From NCBI GenBank assembly GCA_041641305.1, contig JBEPYN010000002.1:416001-480000 (forward strand): DNA of 64,000 nt, read 5' to 3'. Under the pieces are notes generated by a model. That model searched no databases, had not been told where the DNA came from, and worked only from the letters and a program-made list of their open reading frames with translations. This document shows positions 10,039 to 19,461 of this stretch, piece after piece; position 1 is the first letter of the stretch, and every line of letters starts with the position of its first letter. Both the position numbers and the translations under genes were made by a program. This DNA is from Nitrososphaerota archaeon. Lineage in GTDB: Archaea > Thermoproteota > Nitrososphaeria_A > Caldarchaeales > Caldarchaeaceae.

Positions 10039-11286
10039 CTATTTTTCGTCAAGGTAATCTAGGGGCAGGGCGAACCCTGAGCCTGTTTCAATGTCTAGGT
10101 ATATTTTTTCTCCGCTCCATTTTCTGGGCTCAGTCCCGATGTGGATTATCGCTCTTCTGTCCCCTAGCCTGATGCTTTTTTTTCTGAGTAAGAGCAGGTG
10201 GTTAGGCCCCTCGCCCCAGACTTTTCCGAGCATTTTTGCGAAGAAAGAGTACGACCTCGCTGCTAGAATGGCTGGGAAAAGGTTTTGGGGCGGGAGGATT
10301 CTTCTGTATCTCGGCCTCTCCCCCTCATACCATAGCCAGAGATAGAGGCCTTCACCGCATAGGTTTGCGGCTCTTATCAGTAGTAGATAGTATTCTCCGA
10401 GCAGCTCTTCCAGAGCCTGAAACGCTTCCTCACTCTCTATTCTGTAGAGGTTTTCGCCAACTTTTGTGCCGTAGGTCTGTATCTTGACTATTGCTGCTCT
10501 GCCTCTGCTGTCGGGGACCACCCCATCACGTTCTCTGTATACGCTGAGCACTTCGCCGAAACGCTGGTCATACGGGGTAATGTATCCCAGATGCATATGT
10601 GTGGCTGGAGTCTTCGCGCCTGTGCTGAAGTACACGCCTAGTGTTCCCGGCAGAAGCACCGGGGACAGCATCTGGATAGGGTATCCTGTCCTCCTGTAGA
10701 CAGAGGCCGCGTAGCCGTTCACGAGCCCCGCAAGCCTCAGATAATCGCCGTGAGATATTTTCCTGAACTTCTCAGCCATTTTCTCGGGGATACCGAGATA
10801 ATCCACATCAACTCTATCCGGTTTCTCGAGATTGACATAATCTGTGAACCTGCCGCCTTCCTCCGCGTCGTCGAGCCTGATAAAGACGGTATGATAGGGG
10901 CTTACTGGGTTTACCCAATAAGACATCTTGACATATATCTGCCCCTCTATGCGGTAGAGGAGAGGCGTTGGATTATTCATCCAATAGACTGGGTCAGGCG
11001 CTTTAACCACCTCGCCCGAGGCTTTCATGAACCTGATAAAGTCCTCGCCTTTGACGGGGAGTTGGCTCTCCTCCTCACCAAGGTCTTCGAAAAACTTGGC
11101 CACCAGAGCGTCCTCAAACCCCTGGTCGATAAGGGACCCGATAAACCTGACGGCCTGCGTCAGAGCTGCAAGGTTCATGGCATGATACTGTGCACCGGGA
11201 TATCCTTGTCTAAGAGTATCCTCATACCATCCCAGCTCCTTTTGATGCATTCGGAGTAATCTGGTGAGCTTAACCACAATAGCCAA
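10039..11286 (-). CDS. hypothetical protein, paralog of 291..1640
   Basis: Shared VNGYAASxYxxTGxPIQML block. Confidence 0.75.
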   Translation of the reverse strand: MAIVVKLTRLLRMHQKELGWYEDTLRQGYPGAQYHAMNLAALTQAVRFIGSLIDQGFEDALVAKFFEDLGEEESQLPVKGEDFIRFMKASGEVVKAPDPVYWMNNPTPLLYRIEGQIYVKMSYWVNPVSPYHTVFIRLDDAEEGGRFTDYVNLEKPDRVDVDYLGIPEKMAEKFRKISHGDYLRLAGLVNGYAASVYRRTGYPIQMLSPVLLPGTLGVYFSTGAKTPATHMHLGYITPYDQRFGEVLSVYRERDGVVPDSRGRAAIVKIQTYGTKVGENLYRIESEEAFQALEELLGEYYLLLIRAANLCGEGLYLWLWYEGERPRYRRILPPQNLFPAILAARSYSFFAKMLGKVWGEGPNHLLLLRKKSIRLGDRRAIIHIGTEPRKWSGEKIYLDIETGSGFALPLDYLDEK

Positions 11287-11329
11287 TTCACATAAACCAT
11301 CTCATACCAACGTAAAAATGCTTTCTGGC

Positions 11330-12454
11330 CTAGAAGCTAACGAGGCCGAAGCGTCCATAGCTCATACCCACGTTAGCGACAAGTAGCGCTATCGAAAGGC
11401 CCGAGAGGTAATAGATAGCTGGGTTGACGTGTCTGAAGCCCACATGCTCAAGCAAAGCCCTCAGCATCAGCTCGCCGTCAAGCATCTTTATCGGCAGCAT
11501 GTTGAAGACCGCGACCCCGAGCGAGACAAGCTGAAGCCAGAAAAACAGCTTGAAAACAGCATGGGATAGGCCCGGTGGGGCTCCAAATCTAGGCTCTACA
11601 AAAGGCTCCGCGTCAACAACACCAAGAGACCTGAGGACGCTTGCGAGGCTCATCTCACGCCCGATGTGCTGCGGGCCGACTTTGTATGAGCGCTCTCCGC
11701 CATCGGTTACAAGGTTTATCTCCGCGGTGAGAGTGACTGTTCTCGCGATGGTTGCGCTGTTCACAGGCACCCCGTTCAGGCTCTTCACAACCTCACCCAC
11801 CCGGACAACCGAATCATCGTCAACCTCAGTTACATAGAGGCCGGTCTCCACCATGGTGAAGAACGATAGAAGACAAGCTACTGCTACGAGGCCGACGGCT
11901 AGGTTGGCAAAAGAACCTACCGAGGCTATCCTCATCCTCGAACCAGGGCTAGCTGATTTGAATGCTTTCTCATCTGGCTCAACGAAGCCGCCTGGGAACA
12001 CGAAAGCGAGAAAAACACCCGCTGACTTGATGGGTATGCCCTCCAGCCTCGCGACTATCCCATGCATGCCTTCATGAGTGACCAACACAACCACTAATGC
12101 TAGAAGCATGTAGGGTATGTTCTGAAGCTTGATGGTTATGCCCGGAATGAGCGGAACTACTACGTTGCGGACAGAGGCCTCCGCTGGCCTTAGCAGGTAG
12201 ATGGAGAGATTGTTCAACAAAATGTAGAACGCGAAGAACATCATACCGAAGCCGAGCACCACGGCAAGCTTAGATACCAGCCTCCACAGCCTCGGCGCCT
12301 TCAACGCCATGCTGTCGAAGACTCCTTCAACCCGCGAAAACCTGTAGATGGCTAGGAAGGGGTAGATGGAGGCTTTCTTCGGCTTAACCATCTTAGCCAT
12401 GAGGTAGAGCGCAAGCCATGAGCCCACAAGTCCTGCTAGAAATTGCTCCATCAT
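11330..12454 (-). CDS. site-2 protease (M50 intramembrane metalloprotease)
   Basis: HEGMH zinc motif, GGFVEPD and FNMLPIKMLDG. Confidence 0.9.
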   Translation of the reverse strand: MMEQFLAGLVGSWLALYLMAKMVKPKKASIYPFLAIYRFSRVEGVFDSMALKAPRLWRLVSKLAVVLGFGMMFFAFYILLNNLSIYLLRPAEASVRNVVVPLIPGITIKLQNIPYMLLALVVVLVTHEGMHGIVARLEGIPIKSAGVFLAFVFPGGFVEPDEKAFKSASPGSRMRIASVGSFANLAVGLVAVACLLSFFTMVETGLYVTEVDDDSVVRVGEVVKSLNGVPVNSATIARTVTLTAEINLVTDGGERSYKVGPQHIGREMSLASVLRSLGVVDAEPFVEPRFGAPPGLSHAVFKLFFWLQLVSLGVAVFNMLPIKMLDGELMLRALLEHVGFRHVNPAIYYLSGLSIALLVANVGMSYGRFGLVSF

Positions 12455-12503
12455 CGGGTTTCGAGAAACTCTGATGGATAAAACCGGTTAAAGCCCTTTT
12501 CGC

Positions 12504-13097
12504 CTAAAGCCCTGAAAGAAGCTCCTCCATTGTGCGGCTCAAGACATCGTATGACTGCTCCCCCTCCAGTTTACGCATTATTGTCCCGTCTGGCCTGATG
12601 AAGAAGTATGTGGGGGTGCCCCTTACGCCATAGTCCAGAAACACCTTCATCGTAGGGTCATAGACCGCGGTCCAGCCTATGCCATGCTTCTTCAGGAACT
12701 CGGCCGATTTCTGAGGTGTTGTGCCCTGAGAACCCAGCACAGTCAGGAAAAACACCTTGTCGCCGTAGCGCTCGTGAAGGGCCTCTACCGTTGGCACCAT
12801 CCTGTTACAGTGTGGGCACCATTCGAAGACAAACTCTATGAGGGTTGGCTTGCCCTTTAGGCTGGTGGATGAGAAAACCCTGCCGGTCAACCCGTCCGCG
12901 TTAATCTCTTCTAACGAGAAGGGGGGAGCCGCTGTGCTGACCACCACCTTGCTCTGGGGGCTTGGCGGCGTAAGGGTTAGGAAAAGCACTAAAGCGACTA
13001 AGGCCACGGCTGGGACGGCTGCTAGATAGCGCGTATGTCCGGCTTTCTTCTTCATAACAACATGCCAGTAATCGGGGGAATTTATCGGGATAGACAC
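12504..13097 (-). CDS. TlpA/ResA-like thiol-disulfide oxidoreductase
   Basis: N-terminal TM helix, APPFSL, WCPHC and YGVRGTPTYFFI. Confidence 0.9.
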   Translation of the reverse strand: MSIPINSPDYWHVVMKKKAGHTRYLAAVPAVALVALVLFLTLTPPSPQSKVVVSTAAPPFSLEEINADGLTGRVFSSTSLKGKPTLIEFVFEWCPHCNRMVPTVEALHERYGDKVFFLTVLGSQGTTPQKSAEFLKKHGIGWTAVYDPTMKVFLDYGVRGTPTYFFIRPDGTIMRKLEGEQSYDVLSRTMEELLSGL

Positions 13098-13125
13098 AGG
13101 CTTAAGCCGCCGTTTGCTGATGGCT

Positions 13126-13262
13126 CTGTCAACAAGTTGACAGCTCGGGCCCTATTAACTACTTATATGGAACTTTATGTCAAGCCTGTCAACTTGTTGA
13201 CAAAACCCATGGAATATAAGTAGCTACAAATGAAATTTGTGGGACTGTCAACATGTTGACAG
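13126..13262. repeat. three 16-bp palindromes TGTCAAC-NN-GTTGACA at about 60-bp spacing
   Basis: Copies at 13127-13142, 13187-13202 and 13246-13261. Confidence 0.85.
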
Positions 13263-13359
13263 CAGTTAACCACAACCACCATTATAGGTTCGGCCTCCAT
13301 ACTTTTCACCACGGTCGGATTCGACTACGCTGTCACCCGGTTGAGGTTCATAGACCATG

Positions 13360-14151
13360 CTACCTCGTTGGCGGCTTTCTGCGACTCATTATCGACAGTA
13401 CGGTTAGCGCCTGTCTCATGTCTCCCTGAGAGTATCTTGCAACTCTTAACACGTCTCTGGCGCTCCTGAACCCGTTGCTCCACATGGTTCTTCCCAAATT
13501 TCTCGCCGAATACTCGTCGAAGCCATACTCGGTGAAAATCCTGACAGCTACTTTCTCGAAGTCTCCTGAATCATACTGAGGCAGGTACAGTATCATGAAC
13601 CTATCCAGAACCTCGGCGGGAATCTTCTCAAGGTAGTTGGCAGTCGCTATGACAGTTGCGAGACATGTCCGGTCAGCCTCGATGTTTCCCTTCAAAACGC
13701 TTATCCGACCGGTCTGCATCAAGCTAAGCAGCACGTCATAGTCGGTCTTAGCCATTTTATCGAGCTCGTCTATCAGAACCAGCTCAACCCTCTCCCCCGC
13801 TTCCAGCAGCTTGTTGCGGAGTCCTGCTTTGCTGACCTGGCTGCCGAGCAGAAACAGCCTGTTCTCCGCTGGAACCTCTTTCTCAACCGATAGAATAAGC
13901 ATTGTCTTGGCTATGCCGGGCGGGCCGGCGAGCAGCACATGTATCCTATAATCTCTTCCAGTAAGCTTGGTGCGCCTCATCATCTCGATGCTGCGCTCCA
14001 GCACCACTTTTACGTCGTCTAATCCCTCGACCATCCTAAAGTTGTCCCCCTCATAACGTATCTGAAGATGAGGCAGGGTGCTGGCTCCTGACGCTGGGGC
14101 ATCCTTGTCAGCTTTCCTACCTTTCCTGAGGAAGTCAAATAGCGGCGGCAT
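13360..14151 (-). CDS. AAA+ ATPase (MCM/MoxR/RuvB-like), small
   Basis: HVLLAGPPGIAKT, LIDELDKM, VIATAN and LDRF. Confidence 0.85.
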   Translation of the reverse strand: MPPLFDFLRKGRKADKDAPASGASTLPHLQIRYEGDNFRMVEGLDDVKVVLERSIEMMRRTKLTGRDYRIHVLLAGPPGIAKTMLILSVEKEVPAENRLFLLGSQVSKAGLRNKLLEAGERVELVLIDELDKMAKTDYDVLLSLMQTGRISVLKGNIEADRTCLATVIATANYLEKIPAEVLDRFMILYLPQYDSGDFEKVAVRIFTEYGFDEYSARNLGRTMWSNGFRSARDVLRVARYSQGDMRQALTVLSIMSRRKPPTR

Positions 14152-14737
14152 AGACGACCTCCTCCACGTCTAACACCTCCTTTCCGACAAGCGTGTCCAC
14201 GGATTTCTCCAGATATACGGTCAGGTATCTACCGCTTCTGCTGGTTCTGAGGACGACCGCCGGGTCAAGAGTCTGACCAAAATACCCCCTTAGCTGCCAC
14301 GACGTGATGAGCACCGTCGCGCCCTGCCCGGTCAGAGAGCGGATAAAGTGGTTGAAGACGGCGTGTTTCTCACGCGCGTAGCCCGGGTTCTCGAGGTATA
14401 GCAGGTGGAACGGGGCTGAGGCGCTGTCTACAACCACGAGGACTAGAGGAGGGTTTAGGTAACGGAGTCTGCTGTTTATCTCTGCGAGCTTCTCTAGGAA
14501 CGGGTTAACCTCGTGGCACTCGTAGTAAGCGACGCCCTTTGGAGGCGATGTAATCTTCGACTCCGTGTCGAGGTAGAAGACCACGCCTCCCCGCGAAGAA
14601 AACAGCTTAGAAGACGCTATGCAGATGCTTGTCTTGAGGCTGGCTGGAGGGCCGTAGACGATGTTAACCCTTCCTACGGCCCATCCGCCCGGCAGTAGAT
14701 TGTCCAGCTTCTCTATTCCCGTCGGAATCCTGAGCAA
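14135..14737 (-). CDS. RecA/RadB-like ATPase paralog
   Basis: RIPTGIEKLDNLLPGG, YGPPASLKT, YLDTE and VVVDS. Confidence 0.85.
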   Translation of the reverse strand: MLRIPTGIEKLDNLLPGGWAVGRVNIVYGPPASLKTSICIASSKLFSSRGGVVFYLDTESKITSPPKGVAYYECHEVNPFLEKLAEINSRLRYLNPPLVLVVVDSASAPFHLLYLENPGYAREKHAVFNHFIRSLTGQGATVLITSWQLRGYFGQTLDPAVVLRTSRSGRYLTVYLEKSVDTLVGKEVLDVEEVVYAAAI

Positions 14738-15686
14738 CCGCAGCCTCCTCCTCGCTCAATAGCCTCCTCCTCATCTCGCTCTCCAGAGGCATGGGCTTCG
14801 CGCCGTCGACGGGCACTAGGCCCTTTTCCGTGAGCCTCATGTAAATGCCTATGTTGTCAGGCTTCTCACGATGCGCCTCGACGACGAAGAACCTGAGGTC
14901 TCCCTGAAGCCTCCATATCCTCGCTATGACCTTGGCTATGTAGCCTAGAAACCGGCCGCCGATATAATCCTCGCCATATGTTCCTAAGACGATGTCAACA
15001 TCCCTTATATCTACAATCCCTTTCCTCGCCGACTTCTCCAGCTCCCGGATTTGGTGCTGTTCGAAAGCCTTCTTCGCCTTCGAGGCGCTCCACGAAGTGA
15101 AGATTATGCAGGCCCCTGTCTGGGAAGCGTAGTTCAGCAACGTCTTGGCCTCCAGCTCAAGCTTCCCCATTAGCTCGCGGGCGATGCTGCCGACATGCTC
15201 CGGCGGAGCGCCCATGACGCGCTGGTGATAGTGCCATGCAACGGAGTCGACCACATATAGGCCTATGTCATGTGTTTTCCTGAGCTGGTCCCAGTCCTTC
15301 ATTATCACGGCATGCTGTTCAGAGAGCTCGTTCGCCTTGAATATCTGTATCCGCGAGATTATACGGGGTATGTCGGCTTCGTGTACGCCGCTTGCAGAGG
15401 CGAGGTTGTAGAACCTTAGCTGGCTCACGCCGCCGCTTTCTGTGTCGAGGTATAGAACAGCCTTATCCTCATCCATAGCAGTGCGGAGAGCCGCTTGCAT
15501 AGCGAACGTGGTTTTACCCGCTTTCTGGCTACCGTAGACAAGCATGATGCTTGAGCGAGGTATTCCATACATCAGATCGTCGAGGGCCTTGACGCCGGTG
15601 CTCATGTAGAGTTTGCGTATTAGCGCCTCCATTTCACGCAGGCCTCCATACATCGCTGTTGGGGAAACCGCATTCAAAGCAGACAA
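14664..15686 (-). CDS. RadA/RadB-family recombinase paralog (no N-terminal HhH seen)
   Basis: STGVKALDDLMYG, YGSQKAGKTT, YLDTE, VVDS, IGGRFLGY and LTEKGL. Confidence 0.85.
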   Translation of the reverse strand: MSALNAVSPTAMYGGLREMEALIRKLYMSTGVKALDDLMYGIPRSSIMLVYGSQKAGKTTFAMQAALRTAMDEDKAVLYLDTESGGVSQLRFYNLASASGVHEADIPRIISRIQIFKANELSEQHAVIMKDWDQLRKTHDIGLYVVDSVAWHYHQRVMGAPPEHVGSIARELMGKLELEAKTLLNYASQTGACIIFTSWSASKAKKAFEQHQIRELEKSARKGIVDIRDVDIVLGTYGEDYIGGRFLGYIAKVIARIWRLQGDLRFFVVEAHREKPDNIGIYMRLTEKGLVPVDGAKPMPLESEMRRRLLSEEEAAVAQDSDGNREAGQSTAGRMGRRKG

Positions 15687-16641
15687 CCGCAGAGCCGTGA
15701 GACACGCCGCGGAGCGGGGCTAAGCAGTTGGGGCAGAGCAGGACCTTGATGTGTTGAAACGGTGGGTCGAGAGAGGTTACGGGAACCAGAGCGCTCACGG
15801 GGTCGCCTACACGGGCCCATTCATGAGATAGCTTAGCCGTGCTCTTATCAGGTATTGCGACTCTCGCTTCGGGAGAGGCCAGAATCTCGTGGAGAGGTCT
15901 TGAGTTCTTGGAGCTCTTGAAAACCTTCGGCCTCCAGTCCAGCTTCTCAGCTACGTCTCTTATCGTGGGCTGGGCCTCGCTGGCCTGTTCATCGGGTCTG
16001 GAGTCGGCCTCCTTGTCGGGTTTTTTGCCGATTTCGCCGAGCTTCTTGAGGACGCGGGCGGCCTCGCGCGCAATCTTCTTTGAGACCTGCTTTTTCTCTT
16101 GGCCTCCCCCGCCCCCCGCCTTGTCCACGCCGCCAGCCTCTTTATTCTCAGGCTCCCTCTTCTTTCTGCCGTCGACGACCTCTATGTCGTCGGATATATC
16201 TATCCCGGCGTAGAAAAGCACCCGCCTTATCTCCTCATGGGAGACTCCAAGTAGCGCGGCTGCGGCTCTATACGAGCCAGCAACCTGACGGGCTTTCTGG
16301 TATACCGCAGCCTTCTCATGCTCATTAAGGGTTTTCTGCGTCACGTTCTCGGTAAAACTGGTAACCAGAGCCTTCTTGTCATTATATTTTACCACCTTGC
16401 AGGGCACCTCATTCCAGCCGAGGGCTCTGAGAGCATATAGCCTGCGGGAGCCGCAGATTACTCCATATTTGCCGTTTTCAAGGGGCCTCACGATGAGCGG
16501 GTTAAGCAGCCCAACCTCTTTTATGCTCTCCATAAGGTTGGAGACATCTCCTATGTCCACCCGAACATTCATCGGGTCCGGGGTCAGCTTATCTATCGGA
16601 ATCTTTTCCTGGACTATTTCCTCCTTTTTTTCCTCGCCCAT
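15634..16641 (-). CDS. ParB/Srx-family protein with HTH and C-terminal Zn ribbon
   Basis: IPIDKL.PDPMNVR, SIKEVGLLNPLIVRP, VICGSRRLYA and CPNC...CFEC. Confidence 0.85.
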   Translation of the reverse strand: MGEEKKEEIVQEKIPIDKLTPDPMNVRVDIGDVSNLMESIKEVGLLNPLIVRPLENGKYGVICGSRRLYALRALGWNEVPCKVVKYNDKKALVTSFTENVTQKTLNEHEKAAVYQKARQVAGSYRAAAALLGVSHEEIRRVLFYAGIDISDDIEVVDGRKKREPENKEAGGVDKAGGGGGQEKKQVSKKIAREAARVLKKLGEIGKKPDKEADSRPDEQASEAQPTIRDVAEKLDWRPKVFKSSKNSRPLHEILASPEARVAIPDKSTAKLSHEWARVGDPVSALVPVTSLDPPFQHIKVLLCPNCLAPLRGVSHGSAVVCFECGFPNSDVWRPA

Positions 16642-16730
16642 CCTTACATCACTTCCTCATAAAAGATGTATTTAACCAGAGAAGGCCCTGAAAGTGCGGA
16701 CACCATTAACCAGTTATAAGCAACATTTCC

Positions 16731-16746
16731 TGTCAACATGTTGACA
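16731..16746. promoter_or_regulatory. perfect palindrome TGTCAACATGTTGACA upstream of parB
   Basis: Same motif as the 13.1-13.3 kb cluster. Confidence 0.7.
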
Positions 16747-16753
16747 CCCAGAA

Positions 16754-18808
16754 TCAGCCAACACCTCTCCTCGAAGCCTCGACAATCCTAGCCGCGACCG
16801 CTGCACCTATCAGCGGTATTTTCTCCAGCCGCTCGACGCCTGCCGCGGCCACGTCGGCGATGCTCCGGATGCCTGCGTTGTAGAGGGCCCTAGCCCTAAC
16901 CCTGCCGATGCCCGGCAGCGAGCATAGCGGCAGCAGCTCCTCCCTGACACCGTGCTTGATTCTCTCGGAAAGAATGAGAAACACCTTTGACGCCTGACGT
17001 CGTCCGACCATTACGGCAAGCTCAGAAGCCGCCTGAGCTATCCACGAGCCAGACTCGCTTAGGACATGGATGTCCCCCGGCGCGGCGCCAAACCTGCTAC
17101 CTATAGTGGCCTCGCTAATCTCCTCAATCCACGCCTTGAGGACGCTGGCCTTTGCGATGGCTGGGCCGTCGAAGTCGTCGTAGTCCCTGAACCAGTCGAG
17201 GGCAGGCTGTATATGGGATAGAAGCTCGATGTCGGGTGTGGAGCAGATGGTCAGGAGAGCAACGTCGTCAGCCTTCGGACCTGCTTTCTCAACATCCTCA
17301 AGCCTCGAAAGGATTATGCGGGCCGACAGCGGGTCGATGTAGAGGTCTGCAACCCTCTTGCCGAGTCGGGTAGCCGCCCACCCACCTTTCTCATGCTTGA
17401 TGAACTTAGCCGCCTCGAGGTATGAGACGGCGCTCTCCACCTTATCCATCAAGCCACGCTCCTGTCTATATGCCAGAGTCCTCTCGAAGAAAGTTGTCAG
17501 CTCTTGGTGACCCGAGTAGCCGCTCGCCACGAGGCCGAGGATGTGGAACCTCAGCCTCCTCTGGTCAGGCAATGTGCTCACAACCGGCTCAAGCTCCCCG
17601 TTGACATACCTCTGCAGAAACGCGCTCCTCTGCCTAGAGTTCTTGGCGACTATCACTGCGAGCCCCTCTCTATCGAACCCCGGCCTACCAGCCCTGCCGG
17701 CTAGCTGCTTATACTCCATGACAGTCATGTCCTCGGCGCCCCTCTTAACATCAGGCACTATGACCGCGCGGGCGGGGAGGTTTACGCCCGCGGCAAGTGT
17801 TGGCGTCGCGACTATGGTCTTTAGAAGCCCTTTCCTGAATCCGCTCTCGACAGCGGCCCTCTGCTGAGGCGATAGGCCGGCATGGTGGAAAGCCGCTCCC
17901 TGCCTGATGCAGCGGGCGAGACGTGATGAGAAGTCGCCTCCGTCGTAAACCTCCTCAGCCAGAGAAGCTAGATGCTCAGCCCCGCTGCAGAAAGGCCTGA
18001 GGGCTGATGCGATGCTCTCCGCCAAGCTCTCCGCCACTCTCCTGCTCGAGGCAAAAACCAGAGCCTGGCCACCCTCTGAAACAGTTTTCAGGACAAGGTT
18101 TTTCACAGGGTCGCCGCTCAGCCTCGGCAGCTTCTCAGTAGAGCCGTCGGCGTAGTGGAGCTCGTCTCTATCATGCTGGTACACGGCCTCCTTGAGCGGG
18201 ACAGGTCTCCAGCTAGTGGCCACCACGTCAGCGCCCGCGAAGTCGGCAAGCTCCTCAACATTTCTGATTGTGGCGCTGAGTAGAAGGAGCTGGGCGCCGG
18301 GAAGCTCGGCGAGTATGCGGGTCACAAGCATCTCAAGCGTCGAGCCCCTCTCCTCGGCTGCAATCAAGTGTACCTCGTCCACGACCGCGAGCGACACAGA
18401 CTTTACCCACGAGGCTTTGTGTCTGAGGACGCTGTCCATCTTCTCATTGGTCGAGACGATGATGTCGTAGCCGCTTAGCCACTCTTCTGGCTGGTCATAG
18501 TCCCTGCTTACGGCGGCAACCCTGTAGCCTTCTCCGAAAAGCTCCTCGAAATACTGCCTCTTCTCACTCGTTATAGCTCTCAACGGAGTGAGGTAAACCA
18601 CCTTGCCTCCTTTCTCCAAATGCTTAGACGCCGCCAGCGCGGCTAGCAAAGTTTTTCCGCTCGCCGTAGGAGTCGCCACCAACAGGTTGCGTCCGTCGAG
18701 CAGCCCCTTAGAGACCGCCTCGGCCTGAGGCGGGTAGAGCTGCTTGATACCCATGGACGTCAACTTCTCAGCCAAGTAACGGGGGATAGGGAGCTCGCTC
18801 ACCATCAA
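16754..18808 (-). CDS. hel308: Hel308/Ski2-like SF2 helicase
   Basis: QLYPPQ, TPTASGKT, DEVH, LSAT, AFHHAGL, ATPTLAAGVNLPA, QLAGRAGRPG and C-terminal HhH LPGIGRVRARALYNAG. Confidence 0.9.
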   Translation of the reverse strand: MMVSELPIPRYLAEKLTSMGIKQLYPPQAEAVSKGLLDGRNLLVATPTASGKTLLAALAASKHLEKGGKVVYLTPLRAITSEKRQYFEELFGEGYRVAAVSRDYDQPEEWLSGYDIIVSTNEKMDSVLRHKASWVKSVSLAVVDEVHLIAAEERGSTLEMLVTRILAELPGAQLLLLSATIRNVEELADFAGADVVATSWRPVPLKEAVYQHDRDELHYADGSTEKLPRLSGDPVKNLVLKTVSEGGQALVFASSRRVAESLAESIASALRPFCSGAEHLASLAEEVYDGGDFSSRLARCIRQGAAFHHAGLSPQQRAAVESGFRKGLLKTIVATPTLAAGVNLPARAVIVPDVKRGAEDMTVMEYKQLAGRAGRPGFDREGLAVIVAKNSRQRSAFLQRYVNGELEPVVSTLPDQRRLRFHILGLVASGYSGHQELTTFFERTLAYRQERGLMDKVESAVSYLEAAKFIKHEKGGWAATRLGKRVADLYIDPLSARIILSRLEDVEKAGPKADDVALLTICSTPDIELLSHIQPALDWFRDYDDFDGPAIAKASVLKAWIEEISEATIGSRFGAAPGDIHVLSESGSWIAQAASELAVMVGRRQASKVFLILSERIKHGVREELLPLCSLPGIGRVRARALYNAGIRSIADVAAAGVERLEKIPLIGAAVAARIVEASRRGVG

Positions 18809-19461
18809 TCAGCAACCACCTCGGGCTTTGACCATCCCAGCTCCGGAAGCTCCGTGACCTCAACCATCCTAGCGTCTACGCTTTCGCCGGGTAGGAATGA
18901 GAGGACCCTGGCGTATAGGTTGCCCAGCATGTCCCTAGAGAGAGACACCACCTCGCCGACGTAGTAGGTTCTGCCACCGCATTCAAGCCCTCCTACCCCG
19001 ACCCTACACGGGCCCACGAATACTTCATGGCTGTATGCATCCCTCCAGAAAACGATAGGGCGCCCCTTCCCACCGCATTCCTGACAGGGGGAGCTGCCTT
19101 GAAGCCCTGTCTCGAGATAGGTGCCGCAGCTTCTGCACCTCATTGACCAGAGGCAGGGCAGCCGCCGCCAGATGCTCGGCTTCCCGCGGAAATGTTTAAC
19201 GAGGTCGTACTCCTTGCTGCTTATGAGGAGCCACAGGGCACCGTCCCTGTCGACATACGCCCGCTCCAGCTCGTATAGAGGAAGCCCGAGCACCGGCTGT
19301 ACACCGTAAGAGGCCAGCCTCTCCCTCATCCTACGCCCCTTCACCACGAAGTCCACATAGGTGACTCTATGCATCCATGAGGTGAACGGCCCTACCATGA
19401 AGCGACCCAGCCTAGCCACTTTCCTCCACCCCGCTGTCAACATGTTGACGGCTTTCCTCAC
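18805..19461 (-). CDS. hypothetical protein with Zn ribbon
   Basis: CRSC...CQEC; overlaps both neighbours in the operon. Confidence 0.6.
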   Translation of the reverse strand: MRKAVNMLTAGWRKVARLGRFMVGPFTSWMHRVTYVDFVVKGRRMRERLASYGVQPVLGLPLYELERAYVDRDGALWLLISSKEYDLVKHFRGKPSIWRRLPCLWSMRCRSCGTYLETGLQGSSPCQECGGKGRPIVFWRDAYSHEVFVGPCRVGVGGLECGGRTYYVGEVVSLSRDMLGNLYARVLSFLPGESVDARMVEVTELPELGWSKPEVVAD

